From the NCBI GenBank assembly GCA_902783555.1, contig CACZRB010000007.1:1-34268 (forward strand): a DNA stretch of 34,268 bases, written 5' to 3'. This stretch comes from an uncultured Erysipelotrichaceae bacterium. Its GTDB lineage: Bacteria; Bacillota_I; Bacilli_A; RF39; UBA660. The position numbers and the translations under genes are program-made. Below the pieces are notes generated by a model, which did no database searches, was not told the origin of the DNA, and was given only the letters and a program-made list of their open reading frames with translations. The stretch's first letter is position 1. Every line of letters begins with the position of its first letter. Shown here in pieces: positions 9,613 through 17,828 of the stretch.

Positions 9613-10173
9613 TTAAATGCTTTCAATATAATCTAATTCTGAAATATATACTACTTGCTTTGTTCTATCAGATTTATCACATGTTATTAAAGATAACACT
9701 CGCTTATTAGGATTTCTGATTAACTCAATGCTTCCTGTTTTGTTTGCTTTATATATGTTAGTTATTTTATATATATATTTTTCTTTATTATAATATATTA
9801 TTAATTCATCATTAATACTTAATTTATTTAAATTTTTAAAGTATGATATTTTACTATTTCCTGAGTGACTAGCTAATATCAAACTACCATTTTCATGGTT
9901 TGGCATTGTTGATTCATGTAATACTTCAATATTTTTATTAACATTGTTAAGTTTTGAATCAATATTATATAATGGCTTTTTTAATTTTATTTTAGGTATT
10001 TCTAATATTGCAAGAATTGCTTCATCCTGTTTATCGTAAGTTTGGTTTGATACAAGATACTGATTAATTTTTTTGCTTTCTTCAGTACTTCTTCTAATAT
10101 CATCACTGTGATATGCATAAATAACTATAATACTGATAATTATTAATATATATCCTAATGTTTTTTTAATCAT
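9613..10173 (-). CDS. Sortase (small, membrane-anchored cysteine transpeptidase)
   Basis: N-terminal TM anchor, catalytic His context LILASHSG, the TLxTC-type motif SLITCD, and a downstream Arg (DRTKQVV). Its start overlaps the 3' end of the adhesin gene by 8 nt. Confidence 0.85.
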   Translation of the reverse strand: MIKKTLGYILIIISIIVIYAYHSDDIRRSTEESKKINQYLVSNQTYDKQDEAILAILEIPKIKLKKPLYNIDSKLNNVNKNIEVLHESTMPNHENGSLILASHSGNSKISYFKNLNKLSINDELIIYYNKEKYIYKITNIYKANKTGSIELIRNPNKRVLSLITCDKSDRTKQVVYISELDYIESI

Positions 10174-12277
10174 ATTTCTGCTTTCTTATTATAAACTTAA
10201 TTCCTAAGTTAAATAATACAATAGAAAAAATATCAATGTAATTATTTTTATAAGTATTAGGTACTTTGATTATTTCATAATGTACATTTTTTTCTGACTT
10301 TTTATTTTCTAAAACTAATTCAATTATTTCATTATTCTTAGTAATAGAGAAATATTTTATTTCATTACTATTTATGTATCCATTAGATGGCTTTACTTCC
10401 TTATAATAGTAATTTCCGGTTTTTACTTTCGGAACTATAATTTGACCTTGCTCATTTGTATACTCACTTATTATTAAATCGTTATTTGAGTTATATACAT
10501 TTATTAAAGTATTTGGAATAGGTTCTTTGGTAATTGAATCTATTTTTTTAAGTTTAATTGTTGCATAAGCTGGATGGTTAGGGAAAGTAATTTCAACTAT
10601 AATATTATTATTTTCTTTAATAAATCTACTATTTTTATTAATAGTAAATTGTAAAGGCGTTTTATTTATTTGATATCCTTCAATATTTTCACTTATCTCA
10701 AGAAGTTCATAATTACCAAATGGAATATAATTTGTAATAAATATTCCATCAATAGTATTAAATTCACATAAATCATTTTCACAAATATATTCCATTGTAT
10801 CAAGATTTTTAATTTTAAATTTTATATTTGATATTGGAATAACTTTTTTAGTCTCTGAATCAATTTTTATTACTTTTATTTTTGTTTTTTCTAAATTGTT
10901 TGTAATATTAAGTTCTATAGGGATATCTACTTTATCTATTGTGATTTCAATATCATTAGACTTTCCATAATTTTCTGTAGTATTTTGCTGTTTAAATATA
11001 TAAGTTCCGTAAGGTAAAATGATGCTTGCTAAACCATTTTCATCAGTTGTTATAGAGTTAAATAATTCATTAGAAGATTTTAGATAAATGTTAAAAACTA
11101 TTCCCTCTTCTGGTGATGATTCTATTAAACCATTAGAACTAGTGTTTTTGCAAATATTTACTTTTCTTTTGATAATTTTTTCTTTTAAAGTTATATATGT
11201 TTCTTTTTTGCTTACAGTAAAATAATGCTTTTCTTTATCTAATTCATAACCTTTACTTGGAATAATTTCTTTAAGATAATATGTTTCATTTAATTTTAAG
11301 ATATCACGACTTTTAGATTCGCCATTTTTATTAATTATTAATCTTTCTAATAAATTATTATTTAAGTCATATAAACCATATTCAGCTCCTATTAAAGATG
11401 AATCTGCAATTTGTTCAAATTTACCTGTGTCATTATCAACTTTATTAATAATGACTTTTTCTCCAGTAATATTTATTGTTAGTGACATAGTTATTGGAGA
11501 GAGATTTCCTACTTTAAATAACGTTTGAGAGTTTTCTGCAGTATATATTAATGGATTAGAATTATAATTATTAAATTCTTTAACAAGTTTAATTTTGGTC
11601 TTTCCTATTTTATTTGCTGTTATAATTAGGCTATTATTGTTCTTTTTAACATTAATATTATCATTTGATAGAATTATTCTGTAATTATTTAATACTTTAT
11701 TTATATCTGAAATGGTATAAGTATCTCCTAGATCTATATTATATGTAGATGATTGAAAGTTCGGTATAATATTATGTTTTGAAATCAAATTTTTGATTTC
11801 ATCAGATTCATTTATAAATTTTTCTACCTTTGGTCCTTGCAAATAATCTGTAAAATATATTTCATGATTATTTGATTCTACTTCCCATATTAGTGCTTGA
11901 GTTGCAGCATACCATTTTTTATCAGTATGATTATATTTGTCATCTTTGTAACCATATCCATAATAAGATATTAATTTAATTTTTTCATACTGCTCTTTTG
12001 TTATGTTAGAATTTACTATATCATCTTTGCCACTATATTTAATATTATCATTAATATGAATCCCTGGCTCAATACAATAAAGAAAAGCCTTATCACTTGA
12101 ACGAGCTATAATATACATATAGTCATATATTTGATGTTCTGGGCTAATTTTTGTAACATAAACATTTGGTACTTTATCATACTTTTTTAACATGTAATCT
12201 TCCTCAGCGTTTACAATAATTTTATTTATTAGTATTGTAATTATGATTATCAATATTTTTAATAATTTTTTTATCAT
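10166..12277 (-). CDS. Cell-wall-sorted surface adhesin: N-terminal thioester domain plus about four Cna-B/SpaA-type (prealbumin-fold) domains, with a C-terminal sorting signal
   Basis: Signal peptide ending VNA. Y-C-I-E (Cys68, codon 12076-12074) and T-Q-A-L-I-W (Gln127, codon 11899-11897) match the published thioester-domain motifs. Repeated blocks of the type Y.LKE..P..GY......F.. occur (YLKEIIPSKGYELDKEKHYF, YELLEISENIEGYQ, YYYKEVKPSNGY). C-terminus is VPNTY + hydrophobic stretch + RKQKYD. Confidence 0.85.
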   Translation of the reverse strand: MIKKLLKILIIIITILINKIIVNAEEDYMLKKYDKVPNVYVTKISPEHQIYDYMYIIARSSDKAFLYCIEPGIHINDNIKYSGKDDIVNSNITKEQYEKIKLISYYGYGYKDDKYNHTDKKWYAATQALIWEVESNNHEIYFTDYLQGPKVEKFINESDEIKNLISKHNIIPNFQSSTYNIDLGDTYTISDINKVLNNYRIILSNDNINVKKNNNSLIITANKIGKTKIKLVKEFNNYNSNPLIYTAENSQTLFKVGNLSPITMSLTINITGEKVIINKVDNDTGKFEQIADSSLIGAEYGLYDLNNNLLERLIINKNGESKSRDILKLNETYYLKEIIPSKGYELDKEKHYFTVSKKETYITLKEKIIKRKVNICKNTSSNGLIESSPEEGIVFNIYLKSSNELFNSITTDENGLASIILPYGTYIFKQQNTTENYGKSNDIEITIDKVDIPIELNITNNLEKTKIKVIKIDSETKKVIPISNIKFKIKNLDTMEYICENDLCEFNTIDGIFITNYIPFGNYELLEISENIEGYQINKTPLQFTINKNSRFIKENNNIIVEITFPNHPAYATIKLKKIDSITKEPIPNTLINVYNSNNDLIISEYTNEQGQIIVPKVKTGNYYYKEVKPSNGYINSNEIKYFSITKNNEIIELVLENKKSEKNVHYEIIKVPNTYKNNYIDIFSIVLFNLGIKFIIRKQKYD

Positions 12278-12342
12278 TATTCCTCCATTTCTAAATTATT
12301 AAAAAAATATTATATAGGTATTATCACCCCCCTTTAGGGCAT

Positions 12343-12386
12343 AGAAAAAGAGAGCAAATAATTTAAATTTGTAATTTGCTCTCTTT
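12343..12386 (-). terminator. Rho-independent terminator ending the transcription unit of the 529-aa membrane protein
   Basis: 11-bp stem AGAGAGCAAAT (12349-12359) / ATTTGCTCTCT (12374-12384). On the minus strand it is followed by TTTTT (complement of 12344-12348). Confidence 0.7.
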
Positions 12387-12460
12387 ATTAAACCATTTGA
12401 TTTTTTTAAATCAATTAAATTGATAATATAAATTTTTTGATGAAAAACAAATTTAAGCAT
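12362..12460 (-). CDS. Candidate small ORF (32 aa), function unknown
   Basis: Hand-found and below the ORF-track size cut-off. AGGAGG (12470-12465) lies 4 nt before ATG at 12460. Translation is MLKFVFHQKIYIINLIDLKKIKWFNKESKLQI. It lies between the membrane protein stop and the terminator, and its stop falls in the terminator loop. No homology support is possible from here. Confidence 0.25.
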
Positions 12461-12537
12461 TTTGCCTCCTATTTTTCCTTCAAGAAATTTAGGATTATAT
12501 TATCAAGTTTTAATTGGAATTACAAGTACTTTTTAAT

Positions 12538-14127
12538 TTATTTGATATTAAAAATATAGTTTTCATTTCTAGTTGATATTACAACGTTAATTTTTTCCAT
12601 ATTTTGAATAGTTTTTGATATATCAGAAAATACTACATTATCTAAATTTTGAATAGATTTTGGCAGTATAGGTGTTAGATAAGTTGAATCCTGATGAGTA
12701 TAAGTTGCTTTTATAAATTTATTAATAAACTCTGATTTGTTATCTTTTATTGAGTTATATATTGGAGCATTTTTGTCAATATCGAGTCTATACTCTACAA
12801 TTAGTAAACTATTTTTGGTACTATCTGTTGGGAATATTACATCTGTAACAGTAGTACAATTATTTTCATCAGTACAATTGTTATATTTATATTCAAATGA
12901 ACTTGTTATCAATACATTTTTGATAACTAAAGTAGTATTTCCAAATATATTTTTATCAAATGTTAATTTATCATTAAATTTTTTAGTAGTTGAAATATAG
13001 TTATTATCAATATTTTTAGGTGAAAATTTATAATTTTTATATTCATATTCAACTTTATTATTTTTAAATTTTGTTTGATCAAATATTGTTAACGTAAATT
13101 CTCCTTTAGCCTTTAAATCAACTTCAAATACAAAAATAAAATTTTCTCCTTCTGTACTTATTAAATCTCCTTTATATGAAGTACCGATGTCAGAGAATGA
13201 ATCAGATAAAGATGATTTATAATTATAAGTATTTTTTCCTTTTACAACATAAAAATTTTCTGGCTTAATGCTATTTGGATTACCAAGACTTCTTATTGTT
13301 AAGTCTAATACTAAGTACTTTTTATCTTCTTTTATTTTTTTACCTGTTAAATCATAAGATGTTAAATAAGCATGATTTAGTTTATAGATAAATCCAGCTG
13401 TTTTTAATGTGCTTCCAAGACGATAATCTTCTTTAAATAAAGTGGCATTAAGAAGAAGTGAAATAGTTCCAACTATAAGTATAATTCCTGCTATCAAACT
13501 AATAAAGAACTTGTTTTCTATTATATAATATTTTGCTTCACGTAAGTTTCTACGTAGTTTTCTTTTCCATTTATATGAATCTTTTCCAAGTACAAATTCA
13601 AATTCTTCATTGTCTTCGCTTTTAATCTCTAATTCTTCTAAATCTTTACTAAAGTTAAATTTTTTAACATCAAAGCCAATTCCACGAATGAGACTGATTA
13701 TTAAGAAATAAATATTAGGAAAGAATAATATTTGATATATATCGCGATAAGCTCTTGCTATTCTTTGTGTTAAAGTAACAGTAGCTAACTCGTTAATAGT
13801 ATTATAAGCAACAATAATTGAAATAAAAATTATTAAATAATAGATTCCCGCTATTAAATAGAATTTGCTTGGCTTTTTCTTATTATTCATTAAAAGCCAC
13901 ATCAAAGCTGAGAATATTATTACTAAAAATACAGCTAAAAAGATGGTTATTGGTATGTATGTATTGGCAATAGTTACTCCTACTGTATTGTTATTTCTAA
14001 CATAATCAGCAAAAAAAGAATATATCTTGCTATATCTATATGTTATATATAGAATTACTGCAAATAAAATTAAGTGGATTATTTTAAAATTCTTTATTAA
14101 AAAAGCATATGGTTTTTTTAATACCAT
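12538..14127 (-). CDS. Polytopic membrane protein with a large beta-rich extracytoplasmic C-terminal domain, function unknown
   Basis: 529-aa ORF with about 5 N-terminal TM helices, a charged linker (EELEIKSEDNEEFEF...KRKLRRNLRE), one more TM, then about 300 aa of a hydrophilic N/K/Y/T-rich domain. AAAGGTGA RBS. I recognise no family. Confidence 0.7.
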   Translation of the reverse strand: MVLKKPYAFLIKNFKIIHLILFAVILYITYRYSKIYSFFADYVRNNNTVGVTIANTYIPITIFLAVFLVIIFSALMWLLMNNKKKPSKFYLIAGIYYLIIFISIIVAYNTINELATVTLTQRIARAYRDIYQILFFPNIYFLIISLIRGIGFDVKKFNFSKDLEELEIKSEDNEEFEFVLGKDSYKWKRKLRRNLREAKYYIIENKFFISLIAGIILIVGTISLLLNATLFKEDYRLGSTLKTAGFIYKLNHAYLTSYDLTGKKIKEDKKYLVLDLTIRSLGNPNSIKPENFYVVKGKNTYNYKSSLSDSFSDIGTSYKGDLISTEGENFIFVFEVDLKAKGEFTLTIFDQTKFKNNKVEYEYKNYKFSPKNIDNNYISTTKKFNDKLTFDKNIFGNTTLVIKNVLITSSFEYKYNNCTDENNCTTVTDVIFPTDSTKNSLLIVEYRLDIDKNAPIYNSIKDNKSEFINKFIKATYTHQDSTYLTPILPKSIQNLDNVVFSDISKTIQNMEKINVVISTRNENYIFNIK

Positions 14128-14152
14128 TTAAATCACCTTTTATTCTCTTTTT

Positions 14153-14181
14153 ATTATATCAAAACAAATAATAATTGTAAA
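14153..14181 (-). promoter_or_regulatory. Candidate sigma-A promoter of the 529-aa membrane protein gene
   Basis: Minus strand reads TTTACA (14181-14176), a 17-nt spacer, then TATAAT (14158-14153). Confidence 0.5.
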
Positions 14182-14221
14182 ACATACTTGGTAATAAAAA
14201 TAGCTAAAAATAAAATAAACA

Positions 14222-14566
14222 TTACATGTTTATTTTATTTACGATTAATTGTCCTTCTTGTAAATATATAGTTGGATTATATTTTAATAGATTTTCTTCT
14301 TTAGTATTAAAAGTATTAGCTACTAAATTTAAAGTATCGCCTTCTTTTGTAATATAGTATGCAAAATTTGATTTTGGTATCATAATTACTTGTTCTGGAT
14401 ATATATAATCATTATTGTTTAATCCATTTAATGTGGCAAGTAATGCTGGATTAACGTTATATTTTTTAGCTATTGAATATAAATTATCACCTGATGATAT
14501 TGTGTAGTATTCAAAATAATTATCATTTGGTGTAGAATCATCATCTATTTTTAGCATATTATTCAT
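14222..14566 (-). CDS. Protein with two LysM domains (peptidoglycan binding), no obvious signal peptide
   Basis: Two LysM repeats: YTISSGDNLYSIAKKYNVNPALLATLNGL...IYPEQVIMIP and YYITKEGDTLNLVANTFNTKEENLLKYNP...LQEGQLIV. Confidence 0.8.
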   Translation of the reverse strand: MNNMLKIDDDSTPNDNYFEYYTISSGDNLYSIAKKYNVNPALLATLNGLNNNDYIYPEQVIMIPKSNFAYYITKEGDTLNLVANTFNTKEENLLKYNPTIYLQEGQLIVNKINM

Positions 14567-14610
14567 TAATAATCACTCCTAATATAAATTATTCATAATT
14601 ATTCTTTTTG

Positions 14611-15705
14611 TTAATTAAAAATAAATATATGGTTATTATAATTAAAATTCCACTCTGGATATTCTAATAATAATTTATTATCATTTAGATATTCATATGT
14701 ATATAGTTTATCTTTTGATAAATAAAATACTTGGTTATCGTTTGTGTGTATTATATGTTTTACATTATTACTTGTTACTAAAATTTCATAATTTTTAATA
14801 TTTAAATATAATTTTTCATCTTTTATTATATAATTGTATATTTTGGATAATTTAAATTTTTTCTCATTATTAATAATTTTAGTTATTGATTCTTCACTCC
14901 ATTTTTTTTCTTCATAAATTAGTCCTATTCCGTCCTTAGATATTTTATTAACGGATTTTTCTTTAAGATTTATTGCATATTCATTTTGATTTTTCTTATC
15001 AACTAAGTATACTTGATTACTTACATCTCCTAAATAATAACTATCATATGATATTTCAAATTCACACTCAAGTTCAGATAATTTGCTATTTTGAATATCA
15101 TATATATATAATTTATTAAAATAATATTCACTATTATAATCTGGAAAAATAAGATATTTTTCAGTTTGATACGATAGATTATTCTGATAGTTATCTTTAT
15201 TAAATGATATTAGTGTACTATTATTATTTTTATTTAATTGATAAAATCCCTTATAATTCCATATTAGATAATTAAAATCATTATTAAATATATTGATGTT
15301 TTGATATTTATTTATAATTTTATTATCATAATTTTTAAAATCGTATTTTTCTAAGAATTCTTTGCTCATGGTATTTAAAGTTTTTAATTCTTTACTATTT
15401 GAACATATATAATAATTATTATTGAATACTTTGGTATTTAAACATATTTCATCATTTAACTCATATATTGTTATGTTTTCAATAAATTTTCTTTTATGGG
15501 AATAATTATGTTCAATAAATATAGGGTAGTCAATATCTTTATAATTAATAGTAAATAAGTAGCCTTCATTCTTAATATAGTTTTCAGTTATATTTAAATT
15601 ATTAATTAAGTACTTTAAAGTATAATTTCTAGGTTTTAAGACAATTATTATAAATGAAATAAATGTTAATAAAATAATAGTTATTAACAAATAAATTTTT
15701 TTCAT
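14611..15705 (-). CDS. Membrane-anchored hypothetical protein (N-terminal TM, N/Y/K-rich extracytoplasmic domain)
   Basis: 364-aa uninterrupted ORF with N-terminal anchor KKIYLLITIILLTFISFIIIVL. It is co-oriented and tightly spaced with its neighbours. I recognise no family. Confidence 0.65.
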   Translation of the reverse strand: MKKIYLLITIILLTFISFIIIVLKPRNYTLKYLINNLNITENYIKNEGYLFTINYKDIDYPIFIEHNYSHKRKFIENITIYELNDEICLNTKVFNNNYYICSNSKELKTLNTMSKEFLEKYDFKNYDNKIINKYQNINIFNNDFNYLIWNYKGFYQLNKNNNSTLISFNKDNYQNNLSYQTEKYLIFPDYNSEYYFNKLYIYDIQNSKLSELECEFEISYDSYYLGDVSNQVYLVDKKNQNEYAINLKEKSVNKISKDGIGLIYEEKKWSEESITKIINNEKKFKLSKIYNYIIKDEKLYLNIKNYEILVTSNNVKHIIHTNDNQVFYLSKDKLYTYEYLNDNKLLLEYPEWNFNYNNHIFIFN

Positions 15706-15732
15706 AAAATCACTACCTTTGAAAAAAGAATC

Positions 15733-16176
15733 CTATTCAGAATCCTTTTTATCTTTATATTTTTTCTTGGCTTCAATCATAAATGAAGAAATATTTTTTT
15801 GTATTTCTGGAAGTGCACGCTTTGATATATTAGAAAATGTAACGGTTTCTTTCATTGTATCTATGATTATCGTTCCCCAAATTATTCCAGCATTAGCCTG
15901 CAAGTCATTATAAAGATCTGGGGTTATAGTACTAACTTTGTAGCCAATTACTATTCTATCTTGCGCTATTATTAATCTTTCTGATGTTAAAGCTAATACT
16001 GCTGTATCAAATATACTATCGTGAGTTCCATTATTTTGCGCAGCAAAAGCATAAAGTACTCTTTCTCCTGGATTTAAATTCCTATCCACTAGTTCACAAT
16101 GCTTTTTTATACGCCAGCAAATAGTACTACCATATCTTTTTTTAAAATCTTTTACTAATTCTAATGTAGAAGCCAT
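15733..16176 (-). CDS. Bacterial PH-domain (bPH, YokE-like) protein
   Basis: 147 aa. The block LNPGERVLYAFAAQNN....FDTAVLALTSERLIIAQ resembles the L.pGE....-long loop-..lTn.Rli core of bacterial PH domains. The assignment is tentative. Confidence 0.55.
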   Translation of the reverse strand: MASTLELVKDFKKRYGSTICWRIKKHCELVDRNLNPGERVLYAFAAQNNGTHDSIFDTAVLALTSERLIIAQDRIVIGYKVSTITPDLYNDLQANAGIIWGTIIIDTMKETVTFSNISKRALPEIQKNISSFMIEAKKKYKDKKDSE

Positions 16177-16189
16177 ATATTACCTCTTT

Positions 16190-16672
16190 CTAAATCATAC
16201 CAACACTTTTTAACTTAGTTATTAATTCATCTTTTTCAACATATCCACCTATACAATCGATAGTTTCATTGTTTTTAGTAAATAGTGTAAGTGGAGTTCC
16301 AAAACCTTCAGATAACGATTTATCTACATTATCTCTGTTACAGTGTGCTAAATTTTTTAATTCTATCATATTCATTATTTTATTATATTCATCTTTATTG
16401 AACGCATCAGAATCAAAATAGTATATATCAACATTATATTCTCCAGCTACTTCATTATAGATTGGTTTGAACTTATTACACCAACTACAACTATTTCTAC
16501 CAAATACAGCCATTGTAACCTTATCACTTTCAACTATTTTTTTATACTCTTCATAAGTAGAAACAGTTTTATATGATGTTACTTCTTTCTTTGGTGGATT
16601 TAAAAATGCTGGCAATAATAATATTGCAACTATAACTACTCCTATTATTATATTTCTTATTTTTGTATTCAT
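16190..16672 (-). CDS. Membrane-anchored thioredoxin-fold thiol-disulfide oxidoreductase
   Basis: N-terminal TM anchor followed by a thioredoxin fold with the active-site CxxC motif CSWC (FGRNSCSWCNKFKP). Confidence 0.8.
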   Translation of the reverse strand: MNTKIRNIIIGVVIVAILLLPAFLNPPKKEVTSYKTVSTYEEYKKIVESDKVTMAVFGRNSCSWCNKFKPIYNEVAGEYNVDIYYFDSDAFNKDEYNKIMNMIELKNLAHCNRDNVDKSLSEGFGTPLTLFTKNNETIDCIGGYVEKDELITKLKSVGMI

Positions 16673-16722
16673 ATTTTTCCTCCTATAATTATTTTAACTT
16701 TTTTTACATTAATTGGCAATAA

Positions 16723-17361
16723 TTATTCTTTAAATATCGCATCAACATAATAGATTGGTCTATTTTCTTTATAGTATTGTTTTTCAAAATCAGTCATGAT
16801 ATTAGGAATTGGATTTTCATCATGGTGTAAATCCAAACTAACTTTTTTAAATTCATACCAATATCCTGATAATGTTTCTAAAGAATAGGCAAATAGTCCT
16901 TTATTATCAGTTTTTAAAATAATATGTTTGTCTTTTTTAAAGATTCTATCATATAGTTTTAAATAACTAATATGTGTAAATCTTTTACTTTCATCATGTG
17001 CTTTAGGCCATGGTTCTGAAAAGGTTAAATATATAGTATCGATTTCTTTTCCAAAAAAATTAATTATGTCATGCGCATCAGCACAGATTAGTTTTAAATT
17101 AGGAATGTTTTTGTTATTTAATCTAGAAGCCGCTGTTGCAGTTTGTGACTCATTTAATTCTAATCCGATAAAATTAATATTAGGATACTTAAGTGCCATA
17201 TTAATTATAAAGTCACCTCTTCCCATACCAAGTTCTAAATTTATAGGATTTTTATTACCAAATAAATCATTCCATTTATTCTTATATTTAATTGGATTGT
17301 CTATTACGTATGATGATTTTTTAATTATATTTGATGCATCTTTCACTTTATTATATTCCAT
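16723..17361 (-). CDS. trmB: tRNA (guanine46-N7)-methyltransferase TrmB
   Basis: SAM-binding block LELGMGRGDF, IGLE, and the FSEPWPK and H..RF blocks typical of TrmB. Start set at ATG 17361, preceded by AAGGAAGTGA. The ORF-track start at 17412 adds 17 aa with no support. Confidence 0.9.
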   Translation of the reverse strand: MEYNKVKDASNIIKKSSYVIDNPIKYKNKWNDLFGNKNPINLELGMGRGDFIINMALKYPNINFIGLELNESQTATAASRLNNKNIPNLKLICADAHDIINFFGKEIDTIYLTFSEPWPKAHDESKRFTHISYLKLYDRIFKKDKHIILKTDNKGLFAYSLETLSGYWYEFKKVSLDLHHDENPIPNIMTDFEKQYYKENRPIYYVDAIFKE

Positions 17362-17434
17362 AGTTTTCACTTCCTTAAATACATTATACCATAAAAGAAA
17401 AAAATCACACATACAGAGTGACTTATAACATATT

Positions 17435-17790
17435 TGGTGGAGCCGGTGAGAATTGAACTCACGTCCAAAAGTATTTCATAGTATGATCTACAAGTTTAGA
17501 TAATTTATTATTTCATTAATGACCCACAAATTATCTAAAGAATCATTAACTAAGCTTATAAAAATTCTTCTAATAAACTAAGCAATTTATTAAATATATT
17601 CTACTATTATGAACCCGTTATAAACTCTGTAGAATTAGTCTATAAAGAGTGAACCAATGCCAATAATTAGGCAAATGCTAGTTCAGTATTAAAATTAAAT
17701 TTGTCAGTTATTTTAACTGTTTGCTGATTAGGTCAGCAACCACTTGCACATAAAACAAAATCTACTTTTGTCGAAACCAAAAACGGCCCC
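17435..17790 (-). ncRNA. ssrA: tmRNA (SsrA), about 356 nt
   Basis: 5' GGGGCCGUUUUUGGUUUCGAC and 3' GGACGUGAGUUCAAUUCUCACCGGCUCCACCA form a tRNA-Ala-like acceptor with the G3:U70 wobble and a T-arm. The internal tag reading frame GAC AAA UUU AAU UUU AAU ACU GAA CUA GCA UUU GCC UAA (17705-17667) gives (A)DKFNFNTELAFA. Confidence 0.92.
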
Positions 17791-17799
17791 GTGTATAAG

Positions 17800-17828
17800 A
17801 TTTTAACATAATTGGGCCTAATTTTCAA
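17800..17828 (-). promoter_or_regulatory. Candidate sigma-A promoter of ssrA
   Basis: Minus strand reads TTGAAA (17828-17823, inside the 3' end of divIC), a 17-nt spacer, then an extended -10 TGtTAAAAT (-10 hexamer 17805-17800), 9 nt before the mature 5' end. Confidence 0.6.

Noticed and set aside
12398-12420. Inverted repeat TTGATTT-N4-AAATCAA downstream of the 529-aa gene as an FNR-like site or second terminator
   Set aside because: The spacing does not fit FNR (TTGAT-N4-ATCAA). It is an A/T-only stem with negligible stability and lies inside the candidate small ORF.
9474-17790. Genomic island integrated between tRNA-Cys and ssrA (both classical integration targets)
   Set aside because: No integrase, recombinase or other mobility gene is present. 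I saw no direct repeat of the tRNA-Cys or tmRNA 3' end (such GC-rich strings would stand out), and core trmB lies inside the interval. The block looks accessory, but I cannot support mobility.
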